Virus record (IMG/VR): IMGVR_UViG_3300030673_000004
Coordinates: 62,001-126,000 of that record
DNA length: 64,000 nucleotides
Direction: 5' to 3' (one strand)
Below, one piece after another: positions 45,350-53,660 of this stretch (position 1 is its first letter; every line of letters starts with the position of its first letter). Made by a program: the position numbers and the translations under genes. The notes beneath the pieces are model-generated. The model worked only from the letters and a program-made list of their open reading frames with translations. It did not search any database and was not told the DNA's origin.

Positions 45350-46000
45350 ATGCGTATCAATAAACTTATCCAGTTTGACTTGGATAATGCTGGAACTTAT
45401 GTTGTTAGCTGGGATGAGGCTTGCGCTCTCCATACGGCATTACAGCCGGTTGCGTTCCAAGTCCGTAAGCTTCCTACAAGTGTCGATACTAAGGTGTGTT
45501 TGGCTACATCCTGTACTCTACAGTTGGCTACTACATCTACTGTAATTCCTTATGAGCAAGTTCCTGCATTGTATAATGCTCTGTCTGAGGAACTGGGTAT
45601 CAAAACTGCGCGTAAGGGCCGACGCAGATCTTATGATGAGTTGCTTGCTGATGTCTCTTGGTGCTCTAAGAATCCAGATCGTGTCAAAAAGGCTCGTGAG
45701 TATGTTCAGAGACGCCGCTTGTCTGCAGTGGTTCCTAAACGATCAGCACCCACAATTGCTCTAGCTCAACAGATTCACGAATCGGGCTCATCTCTTTTGT
45801 TTCACTCGTTGTCTCAAGGTGATCGTGATGCTATGATTTCCGGGTTGTATAGCACAGGATCCTATACATATAAAGAGCTTGCTGCTTATCTCTGGGTGTC
45901 TATTAGTACCATTCAGAAACACTTACAGCAGTATCGTCGGTGCTCTGGGCTGCCTAAGTATATAAGACCTACTAGAGCTGATCTCACTCTGGCTTTGTGA
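45350..46000 (+). CDS. Hypothetical protein with C-terminal HTH, paralog B
   Basis: MRINKLIQFDLDNAG; GSYTYKELAAYLWVSISTIQK; colinear with paralog A. Confidence 0.75.
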   Translation: MRINKLIQFDLDNAGTYVVSWDEACALHTALQPVAFQVRKLPTSVDTKVCLATSCTLQLATTSTVIPYEQVPALYNALSEELGIKTARKGRRRSYDELLADVSWCSKNPDRVKKAREYVQRRRLSAVVPKRSAPTIALAQQIHESGSSLLFHSLSQGDRDAMISGLYSTGSYTYKELAAYLWVSISTIQKHLQQYRRCSGLPKYIRPTRADLTLAL

Positions 46001-46007
46001 TATTCTT

Positions 46008-46306
46008 GGGCCTTTAGCTCAGTTGATTTGTAAACATGAGCTTGGAATCAAGATGTAGGTAACGCATACGAAAAGTGCAGAGACTAACGCCCTATGCAAT
46101 TCGCAGTAACAACTACATTAGTGCTGACATCTATACCCGTTGTGCTGCTGTAGTTTATTAGTCTTCAATAATGCACAAGTTTCTGTAAATAATAAGTGTG
46201 GGGATTGCAGCTCAATGGTTCGTAGCACCGGCCTTATAAGCCGTTGGTTGTGGGTTCGACTCCCATCAGTCCCACTTGGTCCTGGGTTCAAGTCCCAGAA
46301 GGCCCA
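46008..46306 (+). pseudogene. Split tRNA: 5' piece 46008-46025 and 3' piece ~46277-46306 around a ~250-nt insert
   Basis: GGGCCTT-TA-GCTCAGTTG pairs with TGGTC-CTGGG-TTCAAGT-CCCAG-AAGGCCC-A; its own anticodon arm is absent. Confidence 0.8.
46201..46274 (+). tRNA. tRNA-Ile(TAT), nested inside the split tRNA
   Basis: GGGATTG/CAGTCCC A; CGGC-CTTATAA-GCCG; GTGGG-TTCGACT-CCCAT. Confidence 0.85.
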
Positions 46307-46348
46307 CTTGGATTGTAAATAACTCTTAACTTTATGTTTGGAGTTTTT

Positions 46349-46741
46349 ATGATGCCTCTTACGTTTACAATAGATTTTGATGGTACTTGTGTAGATCACA
46401 GGTTTCCTAGGATAGGTCCATCGCTACCTGATGCTGTAGAAACAATGCAGGAGATGGCTCGTAGAGGTCACCGGCTGATCTTAGATACTATGCGCTCTGA
46501 TTTTGAGGGTCCCTATCTAACTGAGGCTATTGCTTGGTTTCGCTCTAATGACATTCCACTGTTCGCTGTTAATGAAAATAAGGAACAGTTATCTTGGACA
46601 ACAAGTCCAAAGATTCACTGTGACTACAGCATAGATGATCGAAATTTGGGATCACCTTTAATGCAGGTACCTTGGATGAAGAGCCCTGGTGTTGACTGGG
46701 AGCAAGTACATGCTTTGTTGTTGCAGGATACTCGGTACTAG
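46349..46741 (+). CDS. HAD-superfamily hydrolase
   Basis: IDFDGTC, LILDTMR, AVNEN, SPKIHCDYSIDDRNLG. Confidence 0.88.
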   Translation: MMPLTFTIDFDGTCVDHRFPRIGPSLPDAVETMQEMARRGHRLILDTMRSDFEGPYLTEAIAWFRSNDIPLFAVNENKEQLSWTTSPKIHCDYSIDDRNLGSPLMQVPWMKSPGVDWEQVHALLLQDTRY

Positions 46742-46744
46742 CTT

Positions 46745-47038
46745 ATGGCACGCTCTACGTTTCCTATAAATTCAGCTATCCTTGTATTTGAACAAGGATC
46801 TTCTGATTTTAAGCGTGCTACATCTGCTGATAGCTTGGTAGCATCTATGTCCGATGTGCTTCAAGATTTGCGCAACGTAGTAAAGCATGATAGGTTACAG
46901 TCTGGTGCCTTTGACTTCAGTCGGCTATCTGAGAAATATGATGTCTCCTTAGCTACTATCCAGTGTATTGTTGATGAGGTTCGTCGTGGCATGTATGAAA
47001 CTCTAAGTAATCAAGGTATTGATATAGATTCAATTTAA
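46745..47038 (+). CDS. Hypothetical protein
   Basis: 97 aa in the gene run. Confidence 0.65.
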   Translation: MARSTFPINSAILVFEQGSSDFKRATSADSLVASMSDVLQDLRNVVKHDRLQSGAFDFSRLSEKYDVSLATIQCIVDEVRRGMYETLSNQGIDIDSI

Positions 47039-47325
47039 TGAAAATCTGGGAGGACTTGATGTCACACGATTCTTTACACATGCCAGAGTGTAACTTTCCG
47101 CATGGTGACTTAGGTCAGCCCGGTTGCATTTGTATTGTTGCAAATCGTAATTATGTCAAAGATCTTGAGGATAAAGCTTGTGCTTTTGAGCAGATTAAAT
47201 CTGTTGTTGAAAAGCTGCAGCAGGATTTAACGCAGAAGCATTATAATCGCTGGGATTGCTTAGACGCAGCTATGCGAATAATTGATGTTGCTTCTGTTGC
47301 TACAACAGGAAAGTACGTAGACTAA
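47038..47325 (+). CDS. Hypothetical protein
   Basis: 95 aa, overlapping stop/start. Confidence 0.6.
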   Translation: MKIWEDLMSHDSLHMPECNFPHGDLGQPGCICIVANRNYVKDLEDKACAFEQIKSVVEKLQQDLTQKHYNRWDCLDAAMRIIDVASVATTGKYVD

Positions 47326-47326
47326 A

Positions 47327-47399
47327 CGCGCATTAGCTCATTAGGTAGAGCGGGATTTTCATAAGGTCTAGGTGGCAAGTTCGAATCTTGCATGCGCGA
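47327..47399 (+). tRNA. tRNA with CAT anticodon (elongator Met or Ile2)
   Basis: CGCGCAT/ATGCGCG A, paired 1-72; loop TTCATAA; weak anticodon stem. Confidence 0.8.
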
Positions 47400-47449
47400 C
47401 TTTAGTTGTAAATAAGCCTTGTACCATTAACTACGAGGCACATATATAT

Positions 47450-47887
47450 ATGTCAGATGAGTCCCTTACAAAAGTTCAGCATCGTGTATCTTCTATCCTG
47501 CATGTGCAGGTGGGTGAATCAGGTGTCTGGGAGCCTACTACAGATCAGCTTGATGCTCTAGTCAGTCAGTTTGTTTCGGCAGTAAACACAAATGTAGCTC
47601 TTGCAGTAGTAGCTACTCGTAAGGGCGTGACTGCTCAGTGTATCCATATTCCAGATACCGATGCTGCTATACTGCATGTTGAGGCAGGCGCACCTGGATG
47701 GGAGCCGTTACCATCCGAGCTTAAAGATCTAACAGATTTGTTTGAGAAAGCAGCTACTTCTGACGGTAGTATTGCTGTAGTAGCTACTCGTACCGGTGTG
47801 ACTGCTCATGTTGTGGATTTATCCAATCCTGATTCTGAGGCATTTCCTGAGTTTCTATATGACACTGATTGCGAGGATGCGTCATGA
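47450..47887 (+). CDS. Protein with two tandem ~60-aa repeats
   Basis: ILHV..G..G.WEP....L..L...F..A.....AVVATR.GVTA occurs twice. Confidence 0.8.
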   Translation: MSDESLTKVQHRVSSILHVQVGESGVWEPTTDQLDALVSQFVSAVNTNVALAVVATRKGVTAQCIHIPDTDAAILHVEAGAPGWEPLPSELKDLTDLFEKAATSDGSIAVVATRTGVTAHVVDLSNPDSEAFPEFLYDTDCEDAS

Positions 47888-48561
47888 ATCTCTATGAACA
47901 TGCTGTGAGCGAATTTGAGTTGCTTGAGCAGAATTTGGACAGTGATCCAGATAAGCATCCTATCATTTTAGAATTCAAAGCTGAAATTCTTTCTCTAGTT
48001 AAGCGTTTTGCGGACTCTGGTCCATCTGGTGGTTCTGCTCCCTTTTATGCGTCTGCCGTATCTCGGGCTATTAAAGATCTCTTTATGTTTGATCCTATTG
48101 GTCCCCTCACAGGAGATGATAGTGAGTGGGTAGATACATCTGAAATTAGTGGCCTGTCTGAAGGAACGCTATGGCAGAATAAGCGGCTATCTTCTGTGTT
48201 TAAGGATGGTAATGATCCGGCTCATTACTTGGATGCTGTTGTATTCCAAGGTGAGTCTGATTATGATCGTTTCAGTGGTCATGTTGATAATGTTTCCAGT
48301 GTTTGGTGTATTAAGAGTTTTCCTTTTAGACCCAAAACATTCACAATAGACGTGTATCGTGTTCCTAGTGAGACAGATCCAGATCGTGTCAGTTGCCGTG
48401 AAGGTGATTATTTATACCACATTAAAGATCCTTCACAGTTAGAGGCTGTTCGCGACTACTATGATGAGAAGATATCTCGGATATCTTCAATAGACTCAAC
48501 ATCGGCTGTAGGCGCGCAAGTTGATGCTGTTTGCTGCCCAAAGACAGTAAAGTTGGACTAA
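47884..48561 (+). CDS. Hypothetical protein
   Basis: GAGG RBS; GPSGGSA, PIGPLTGDDSEW, WQNKRLSSVFK. Confidence 0.75.
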   Translation: MNLYEHAVSEFELLEQNLDSDPDKHPIILEFKAEILSLVKRFADSGPSGGSAPFYASAVSRAIKDLFMFDPIGPLTGDDSEWVDTSEISGLSEGTLWQNKRLSSVFKDGNDPAHYLDAVVFQGESDYDRFSGHVDNVSSVWCIKSFPFRPKTFTIDVYRVPSETDPDRVSCREGDYLYHIKDPSQLEAVRDYYDEKISRISSIDSTSAVGAQVDAVCCPKTVKLD

Positions 48562-48574
48562 TTTTGTTTGCATC

Positions 48575-48603
48575 TTGACATTTTCAGATATTGGTAGTAT
48601 ATT
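48575..48603 (+). promoter_or_regulatory. sigma70 promoter
   Basis: TTGACA-17-TATATT directly upstream of tRNA-fMet. Confidence 0.75.
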
Positions 48604-48609
48604 TCTTTT

Positions 48610-48682
48610 AGCGGGATAGAGCAGTTGGTAGCTTGCTTGGTTCATACCCAAGAGGTCGTTGGTTCAAATCCAACTCCCGCAA
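48610..48682 (+). tRNA. Initiator tRNA-fMet(CAT)
   Basis: A1:A72 mismatch, GAGCAG..GGTAGC D-arm; CTTGG-TTCATAC-CCAAG (only two of the three G-C pairs). Confidence 0.85.
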
Positions 48683-48704
48683 CTTTTCTTAGTGCATACT
48701 TAAA

Positions 48705-48793
48705 CTCAATATACTGTTAGTTTTCGGATACATCTTCGCCATACATGAAGACCTCCTGAAAGGGTAATCCGATTACGTAAGTTTGTTATTGAG
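48705..48793 (+). ncRNA. Y-RNA-like element 6 (divergent, remote)
   Basis: CTCAATA/TATTGAG stem; TACTGTT..TTTCGGATACATC...TCCGAT..TTTGTT matches elements 4 and 5. Confidence 0.55.
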
Positions 48794-48802
48794 GTTACTT
48801 GA

Positions 48803-48875
48803 GGGCGGATAGATTAGCGGCTAAATCCATACGTTTACACCGTATTGACCGTGGGTTCGAGTCCCACTTCGCCCA
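48803..48875 (+). tRNA. tRNA-Val(TAC)
   Basis: GGGCGGA/TTCGCCC A; ATACG-TTTACAC-CGTAT. Confidence 0.92.
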
Positions 48876-48894
48876 TTAAGTGTAAATAGTACCT

Positions 48895-49725
48895 ATGGCT
48901 AAATGTTTGAATTGTGGTACTGATTTGCTTGGAAAATATCAAAGAAAATTTTGTTCTCACTCATGTTCTGCTACGTATAACCAAACAGGTCGTTCTAGCA
49001 ACAATAAAAATACACGAGTTAACAAGATTTGTTTTCAGAAAGCGCATATAGCACAATGTTCTATATGCGGAAAGACAATTAAACGCGAATCAACATGTTG
49101 TGCCCCTTGTGCTAAGCGTCAGCGTAGATGTAATTCATATATCTCACATGGTCCCTATGCTGGGTGTTTAACATCCTTGCCATACATTGCGTCGATACAT
49201 GGACGACGTATTGTTCGGTATACTGATGCTTTAGGTAAGAAAAGAAGTACATCTTTAGCGCGCTATCTAATGTCACTTTACCTTGGTTATATACCAACTA
49301 ATGCGTGGGATGTAGATCATATAGATCAAGATCCTACAAATGATCGTATATCTAATCTACAGTTGATATCAAAACAAGCTAATCTGTCTAAGGGTGGTAA
49401 ACATAATTCACGGCATGTTATTCATGCAACGTGCGCTGTATGTGGCGCTGTTGTTCAAAAACCGGGTCTTATTGCTTATTATCCGAGGGATACTATTTTT
49501 ACTTGTTCTCGTATGTGTGCTGGTCATATCTCACACATGCGAAAAACTATGTCTCTTTCAGAGCTTCATTTACGTAATGCTGCTTTTGATGTTGATGTGC
49601 CTAGACAAAGTGTTCCTATCATTGAATATAAGCGTATTGAGAGATTATCACCAGATTTAGAATTCGTATTGAATATCCTGCTTGCTTATGGGCAGGACTA
49701 CTATCCTAGTAAATGTTCTGCTTGA
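48895..49725 (+). CDS. HNH (homing-type) endonuclease with Zn fingers
   Basis: CLNCG..KFCSHSC; SLARYLM; WDVDHIDQDPTNDRISNLQLIS; CAVCG..FTCSRMC. Confidence 0.88.
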   Translation: MAKCLNCGTDLLGKYQRKFCSHSCSATYNQTGRSSNNKNTRVNKICFQKAHIAQCSICGKTIKRESTCCAPCAKRQRRCNSYISHGPYAGCLTSLPYIASIHGRRIVRYTDALGKKRSTSLARYLMSLYLGYIPTNAWDVDHIDQDPTNDRISNLQLISKQANLSKGGKHNSRHVIHATCAVCGAVVQKPGLIAYYPRDTIFTCSRMCAGHISHMRKTMSLSELHLRNAAFDVDVPRQSVPIIEYKRIERLSPDLEFVLNILLAYGQDYYPSKCSA

Positions 49726-49746
49726 AGTAACTACGACTGGTCCTAA

Positions 49747-49780
49747 GGGGAGGTAGCTTCGGTTGCCTCCCTTTTCTTTT
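49747..49780 (+). terminator. Intrinsic terminator
   Basis: GGGAGGTAGC-TTCG-GTTGCCTCCC-TTTTCTTTT. Confidence 0.85.
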
Positions 49781-49790
49781 GAGTATTGTC

Positions 49791-49819
49791 TTGACATACA
49801 TACAAAATTAATGTATATT
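49791..49819 (+). promoter_or_regulatory. sigma70 promoter with ATACA-N7-TGTAT
   Basis: TTGACA-tacatacaaaattaatg-TATATT. Confidence 0.85.
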
Positions 49820-49903
49820 GTGATTACTGCTCTACCGGTGAACACTCGTACTTATGGGTATTTTACAGTGGCTTTAGTCATAACAAAACAGCAATTTAAG
49901 TCT

Positions 49904-50314
49904 ATGGTTCTGGCTATGCCGACTAGGGCCTCATCAGGTAGTCGGTCTGCTGCTTGGTATAGTTTTTTGGATTTTCATATAAATGCTTACATTAAAATAC
50001 TTCCATTAAAATTTAGTTTTATGAATCTTGGTGATCGCTATAAGGGCATAGATGACCCTACTCTTATTCTAGCTAATGTTGCTCTTGTATCAGAGTCTTG
50101 GCTGCATCAAGGTTATTTTACAGCTTTTCGCGAGTATCTTGAGGATGTCACTGATGTAGCTGATCGTGTTTTTGTTGTAGAGGATATAATGAATCCCGTT
50201 CTTTTGGCTTCATTAGGCTGTCATGGTTATTCACCTGTTATATCTACTGTACATTATGATTCAACTACTATTGTGTATCCAACATTAGCTCGAATGTATA
50301 AACAATCAAAGTGA
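49904..50314 (+). CDS. Hypothetical protein (possible GNAT-like fold); start uncertain
   Basis: LANVAL...HQGYFT...VEDIMNP.L..GY. Confidence 0.5.
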   Translation: MVLAMPTRASSGSRSAAWYSFLDFHINAYIKILPLKFSFMNLGDRYKGIDDPTLILANVALVSESWLHQGYFTAFREYLEDVTDVADRVFVVEDIMNPVLLASLGCHGYSPVISTVHYDSTTIVYPTLARMYKQSK

Positions 50315-50327
50315 GAGGTGCTTGATA

Positions 50328-50549
50328 ATGGCGGCTGTTGACGTTCGTTCTTTCATAGGAAAGCCTGTTGAGTTGCGTAAGGTCTCTGGTGCTCTCTACC
50401 GAGGAACCTTTTGGCGCACAGGTATTAATCGCTATGCATTAGTGCATGTTACATTTATCAGCAAGCACGGTACAGAGACTACTCCTGGGAGTAGTGAGAC
50501 TCGTAGAATTAAGCTGGAAGATATTTCTACAATAAAGTTCCTTGCTTAG
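50328..50549 (+). CDS. Small hypothetical protein
   Basis: GAGG RBS; 73 aa. Confidence 0.65.
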   Translation: MAAVDVRSFIGKPVELRKVSGALYRGTFWRTGINRYALVHVTFISKHGTETTPGSSETRRIKLEDISTIKFLA

Positions 50550-50578
50550 TTGACAAACATACAAAATTAATGTATATT
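50550..50578 (+). promoter_or_regulatory. sigma70 promoter with ATACA-N7-TGTAT
   Basis: TTGACA-aacatacaaaattaatg-TATATT. Confidence 0.85.
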
Positions 50579-50610
50579 GTGTTTATCACTTTAGCAAAAA
50601 GGATACTCTA

Positions 50611-50988
50611 ATGTCTCTTCGTCGGTTTACCTGGATGCTTGCTAATCTCAACGAAATTCATCCTGTGCGCGGGGTCTCCTTTCAAGGTTCGGAGGACCAC
50701 GGGCAGATTGAGATTAAGTTCAACACAGAGTCCGTTTCAGACAGTTTCACTCTAGTTCTTTATGGCAAGAGCACCAAGAATACCATCAATGTTGGTCTTG
50801 ACCGTGTTAGTGCGCCACGTATGGATAACATTCATCCGAATACCCTTGGTCGTATCTTCTCTACTGTCGGGTCGTTCTCGCACAAGAACCTCAGCCTCCC
50901 TCGTAATTATGTAAGTGTTCGGAAAGCAATTATGTCTGCTGGTTTTTCGTCCTATTTGTGGGCTGGTTCCATGTTTAATAAAGCCTAA
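50611..50988 (+). CDS. Hypothetical protein
   Basis: AAGGA RBS; 125 aa. Confidence 0.75.
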   Translation: MSLRRFTWMLANLNEIHPVRGVSFQGSEDHGQIEIKFNTESVSDSFTLVLYGKSTKNTINVGLDRVSAPRMDNIHPNTLGRIFSTVGSFSHKNLSLPRNYVSVRKAIMSAGFSSYLWAGSMFNKA

Positions 50989-51020
50989 TTCAACTACACC
51001 ACGAAACCTAGGAACTCATC

Positions 51021-51422
51021 ATGGCACGCTTTGATCTTACCCAGTTCGAGACACTCTCCGGATCTGTCAACGCAATTCGTTACGAGGCAGGCGAGCGCCT
51101 CACCAAGTTGGGTGTACCGAAGGCTCCCTTCTCCCTGTCCGTGTCGAAGCTCAAGCACATCCTCCGGAACATGGAAGAGCACAACCGTGCTACTGTGCAG
51201 GAGGTTCGGATTCTTAAGCGCGAATTCGATCTTGTTGATAAGCACGATCAGTACGAAACCGCAGCGGAACGTATCATCCGCTATCACATGATGCGGCGTT
51301 TCTTGGCGGCTGCGGAGTTCCACGCCCAGCTCTGGACCACCATTCACGAACTGCGCAGGCGGCTGGAGATCCTTGAAGCTGAAGGTGCCACGCAGTTTTC
51401 GGAGGGTTCTCATGTCAACTGA
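51021..51422 (+). CDS. Hypothetical helical protein
   Basis: AGGA RBS; C/G-ending codons. Confidence 0.75.
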   Translation: MARFDLTQFETLSGSVNAIRYEAGERLTKLGVPKAPFSLSVSKLKHILRNMEEHNRATVQEVRILKREFDLVDKHDQYETAAERIIRYHMMRRFLAAAEFHAQLWTTIHELRRRLEILEAEGATQFSEGSHVN

Positions 51423-51693
51423 AGCAGGTCGTTTGATCGACATGAAGCAGCGCAGGAAGTACCTTCGCACTCGGTACAAGGTCTTGCTTGACGAAGCGTC
51501 TCGCGTGTACAAGCCATACACTGGTCGCTTCTGTGATCCGGACGATGACCCCACGTTTGACCGCAATATGGCTATTTACGAGCACGCACAGGAGCGTCTC
51601 CGTGAAGCTAAGTGCGAACTGGATGCCTTTGAGTTGGAATTTGCTTGTTGCTATCCGCAGTGTGTTAATCTGACACAGATAAAATTAATGTAA
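51412..51693 (+). CDS. Hypothetical protein (MSTEAGRLID start)
   Basis: GGAGG RBS; 93 aa. Confidence 0.7.
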   Translation: MSTEAGRLIDMKQRRKYLRTRYKVLLDEASRVYKPYTGRFCDPDDDPTFDRNMAIYEHAQERLREAKCELDAFELEFACCYPQCVNLTQIKLM

Positions 51694-51768
51694 CTTTACT
51701 TAGGAGTTATTATGGTTGAGTTTCAAGCCCAATTCACTCTCGCACACCAATCTATCCGGAGAGTTCTT

Positions 51769-51975
51769 ATGTCAACTGAAGCTGGTCGTTTGATCAACAA
51801 GCACGGATTTCAGATCACCGACAAGCACGTGTCTTGTGGTGAGTCTGTTCCTGTGTCGCTGTTCCGTCACAGCCTCGGTCACATGTCCATTGCCGAAGCC
51901 AGAACTCTTCTATCCGACCTCGGCAAGGTCATCGCGGTCGCTGATAGTCTCAACTCCAAATCAACTCCGAGGTAA
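51769..51975 (+). CDS. Hypothetical protein (MSTEAGRLIN start)
   Basis: GGAG RBS; 5' end duplicated from the 51412 gene. Confidence 0.65.
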   Translation: MSTEAGRLINKHGFQITDKHVSCGESVPVSLFRHSLGHMSIAEARTLLSDLGKVIAVADSLNSKSTPR

Positions 51976-51978
51976 TAC

Positions 51979-52578
51979 ATGGGAACCATCGTCATCTGTC
52001 GAGGTAAGTCGAACTCGTCTCTCATCTTCCCTGTTGAGCTATCTGTCAGCCACGGACTGATCTCGTTGGTTAACGAGGAGTTTCGTGTTCTCAACGAGAA
52101 CCTCGCCTCGCTCCAGTTTGACGGCATTGTTCCCATGTTCTCTATCCACGACATGGACGACAGCTTTAACTTCAATAAGGAGAATCTGGGGTTCTTCGGT
52201 GTTAGCTGCGGCATCCTCATGTCGCTCACTGAGTTTGTGTCTCACGTCTCCCATGCGGAGATCTCACGTGTGACCGAGCAGTATGTCCTTGCCAAGTCCA
52301 TGCTCAAGCTCCATATTGGTGGGAAGCCCCAGGTGGTTAGGCGTATCATCAATGGGAATCGTGTGCGCGTGGCATACTCCGAGGCTGAACTTGTTGCTGC
52401 CGTTGGTAAGACACAGTTTTCTCGGGACGCTGTGCTTCGCAAGTATGCGGCCATCTTCAAGGCCTTCGTTCAAGCCGGGGCACACGTCAACTTTGGTGCA
52501 TTTGATAAGGAAGTCGGCAGAATACTCATTCGCGCTGTTGAGTGCAGGGAGCGTGAACTTGCTCGTGGAAATAGTTGA
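51979..52578 (+). CDS. Hypothetical protein
   Basis: GAGG RBS; 199 aa. Confidence 0.75.
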   Translation: MGTIVICRGKSNSSLIFPVELSVSHGLISLVNEEFRVLNENLASLQFDGIVPMFSIHDMDDSFNFNKENLGFFGVSCGILMSLTEFVSHVSHAEISRVTEQYVLAKSMLKLHIGGKPQVVRRIINGNRVRVAYSEAELVAAVGKTQFSRDAVLRKYAAIFKAFVQAGAHVNFGAFDKEVGRILIRAVECRERELARGNS

Positions 52579-52603
52579 CAATAATACAAAATTAATGTAT
52601 ATT
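52575..52603 (+). promoter_or_regulatory. sigma70 promoter with ATACA-N7-TGTAT
   Basis: TTGACA-ataatacaaaattaatg-TATATT. Confidence 0.85.
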
Positions 52604-52632
52604 GTGTTTATCACTTCAGCAAGGAGTTACGA

Positions 52633-52986
52633 ATGATTACGAAGCAGCAGTTGACAGATGCTTTAATTACTACTTGGGGTACACTTGAAGATGCTGGTGA
52701 CAGCCTTGCTGTCATTATGCCTGTACCTAAGGAATCATCGGATGCTCGTATAATGCTCACGTTTTCTGTGTTTTCTGATGATGCTGTGGATTTTGCTATA
52801 TCTGGCATACCTGTGGAGACTCTTGATTACTTTAAGGAGACTCTTAAGTGCTTGTTGTCTATCTCAGCAGTTGAGGATAACTTTAAGCCTTACGAAAATT
52901 CAGATATCCGTATTTTTATTCAAACGGACGTGGATACAGGTTTAGTTGTCAAATGTATCATTTATTGCGAATTGAACTATAAATAA
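52633..52986 (+). CDS. Hypothetical acidic protein
   Basis: AAGGAG RBS; 117 aa. Confidence 0.75.
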   Translation: MITKQQLTDALITTWGTLEDAGDSLAVIMPVPKESSDARIMLTFSVFSDDAVDFAISGIPVETLDYFKETLKCLLSISAVEDNFKPYENSDIRIFIQTDVDTGLVVKCIIYCELNYK

Positions 52987-53009
52987 ATAAATTTAATAAA
53001 GGAAATCCT

Positions 53010-53222
53010 ATGTCGATTGCTATTTGTAGGTTGACTCTTCGGGCTCATTGGTTGTTTCCTCTTGTGCTTGGGGATGCTATTAGCACTTTAGAGGAAGCAC
53101 AGCGTGTCATTAAGGATCTTAATGTACACATTCCTGGTGCTGATACCATTACGCTGCTTTATTTTTTGTCAGGCACGAATGCGGCGATTATATCTGAGTC
53201 CCCTTCGTCCTGTGCTCCATGA
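53010..53222 (+). CDS. Small hypothetical protein
   Basis: AAGGA RBS; 70 aa. Confidence 0.55.
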   Translation: MSIAICRLTLRAHWLFPLVLGDAISTLEEAQRVIKDLNVHIPGADTITLLYFLSGTNAAIISESPSSCAP

Positions 53223-53580
53223 ATTGCTTGCAGGAAGTATTTCTTGTTTAGCTAAAAATTTTGCGGTTGACCAATATCGCTTGAATAGTTCTTTGCAGGG
53301 ACACTCTTACTATAAGAAAACAAACTCCTCTCGTATTAAGCTGACTGAGGCAGATTTGCGTCGAGCCCTGCTTGTATCTCGACAGGCATTTAACACTAAG
53401 TTTCAAGAACTACTCCTTAGTACTAATAAACTGGCAGATATTGTTCCTATGTCTACTGATTCTGTTGCTGGGGTGCTTCATCAAGTATACCTTAAAGCTT
53501 ATGACGCAGAGTGCAATGCGGCTGCTCGTCACGCTGTGGCCTGTGTCGCAGGTGCGGGTGTTCGTCGTAGGCGCACTTAA
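53104..53580 (+). CDS. Hypothetical protein; true start probably downstream
   Basis: Open frame filling the gap before the next promoter. Confidence 0.45.
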   Translation: MSLRILMYTFLVLIPLRCFIFCQARMRRLYLSPLRPVLHELLAGSISCLAKNFAVDQYRLNSSLQGHSYYKKTNSSRIKLTEADLRRALLVSRQAFNTKFQELLLSTNKLADIVPMSTDSVAGVLHQVYLKAYDAECNAAARHAVACVAGAGVRRRRT

Positions 53581-53593
53581 GATTAATTTCATG

Positions 53594-53622
53594 TTGACAA
53601 GTATACATTAGAAATGTATACT
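53594..53622 (+). promoter_or_regulatory. sigma70 promoter with extended GTATACA-N7-TGTATAC palindrome
   Basis: TTGACA-agtatacattagaaatg-TATACT. Confidence 0.85.
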
Positions 53623-53660
53623 TGTTTTTGTACTTAAACTTTAACTGTGGCTGTACTTTA

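Noticed and set aside
30809-46399. Short ORFs overlapping tRNAs (e.g. 30809, 31186, 31606, 33642, 33824, 40630, 42637, 44275, 46118, 46140)
   Set aside because: They are translations of tRNA or Y RNA sequence on either strand.
46349-47038. In-frame TAG between the HAD gene and the next ORF
   Set aside because: The HAD domain is complete at about 130 aa and the next ORF has its own ATG; a chance frame match.
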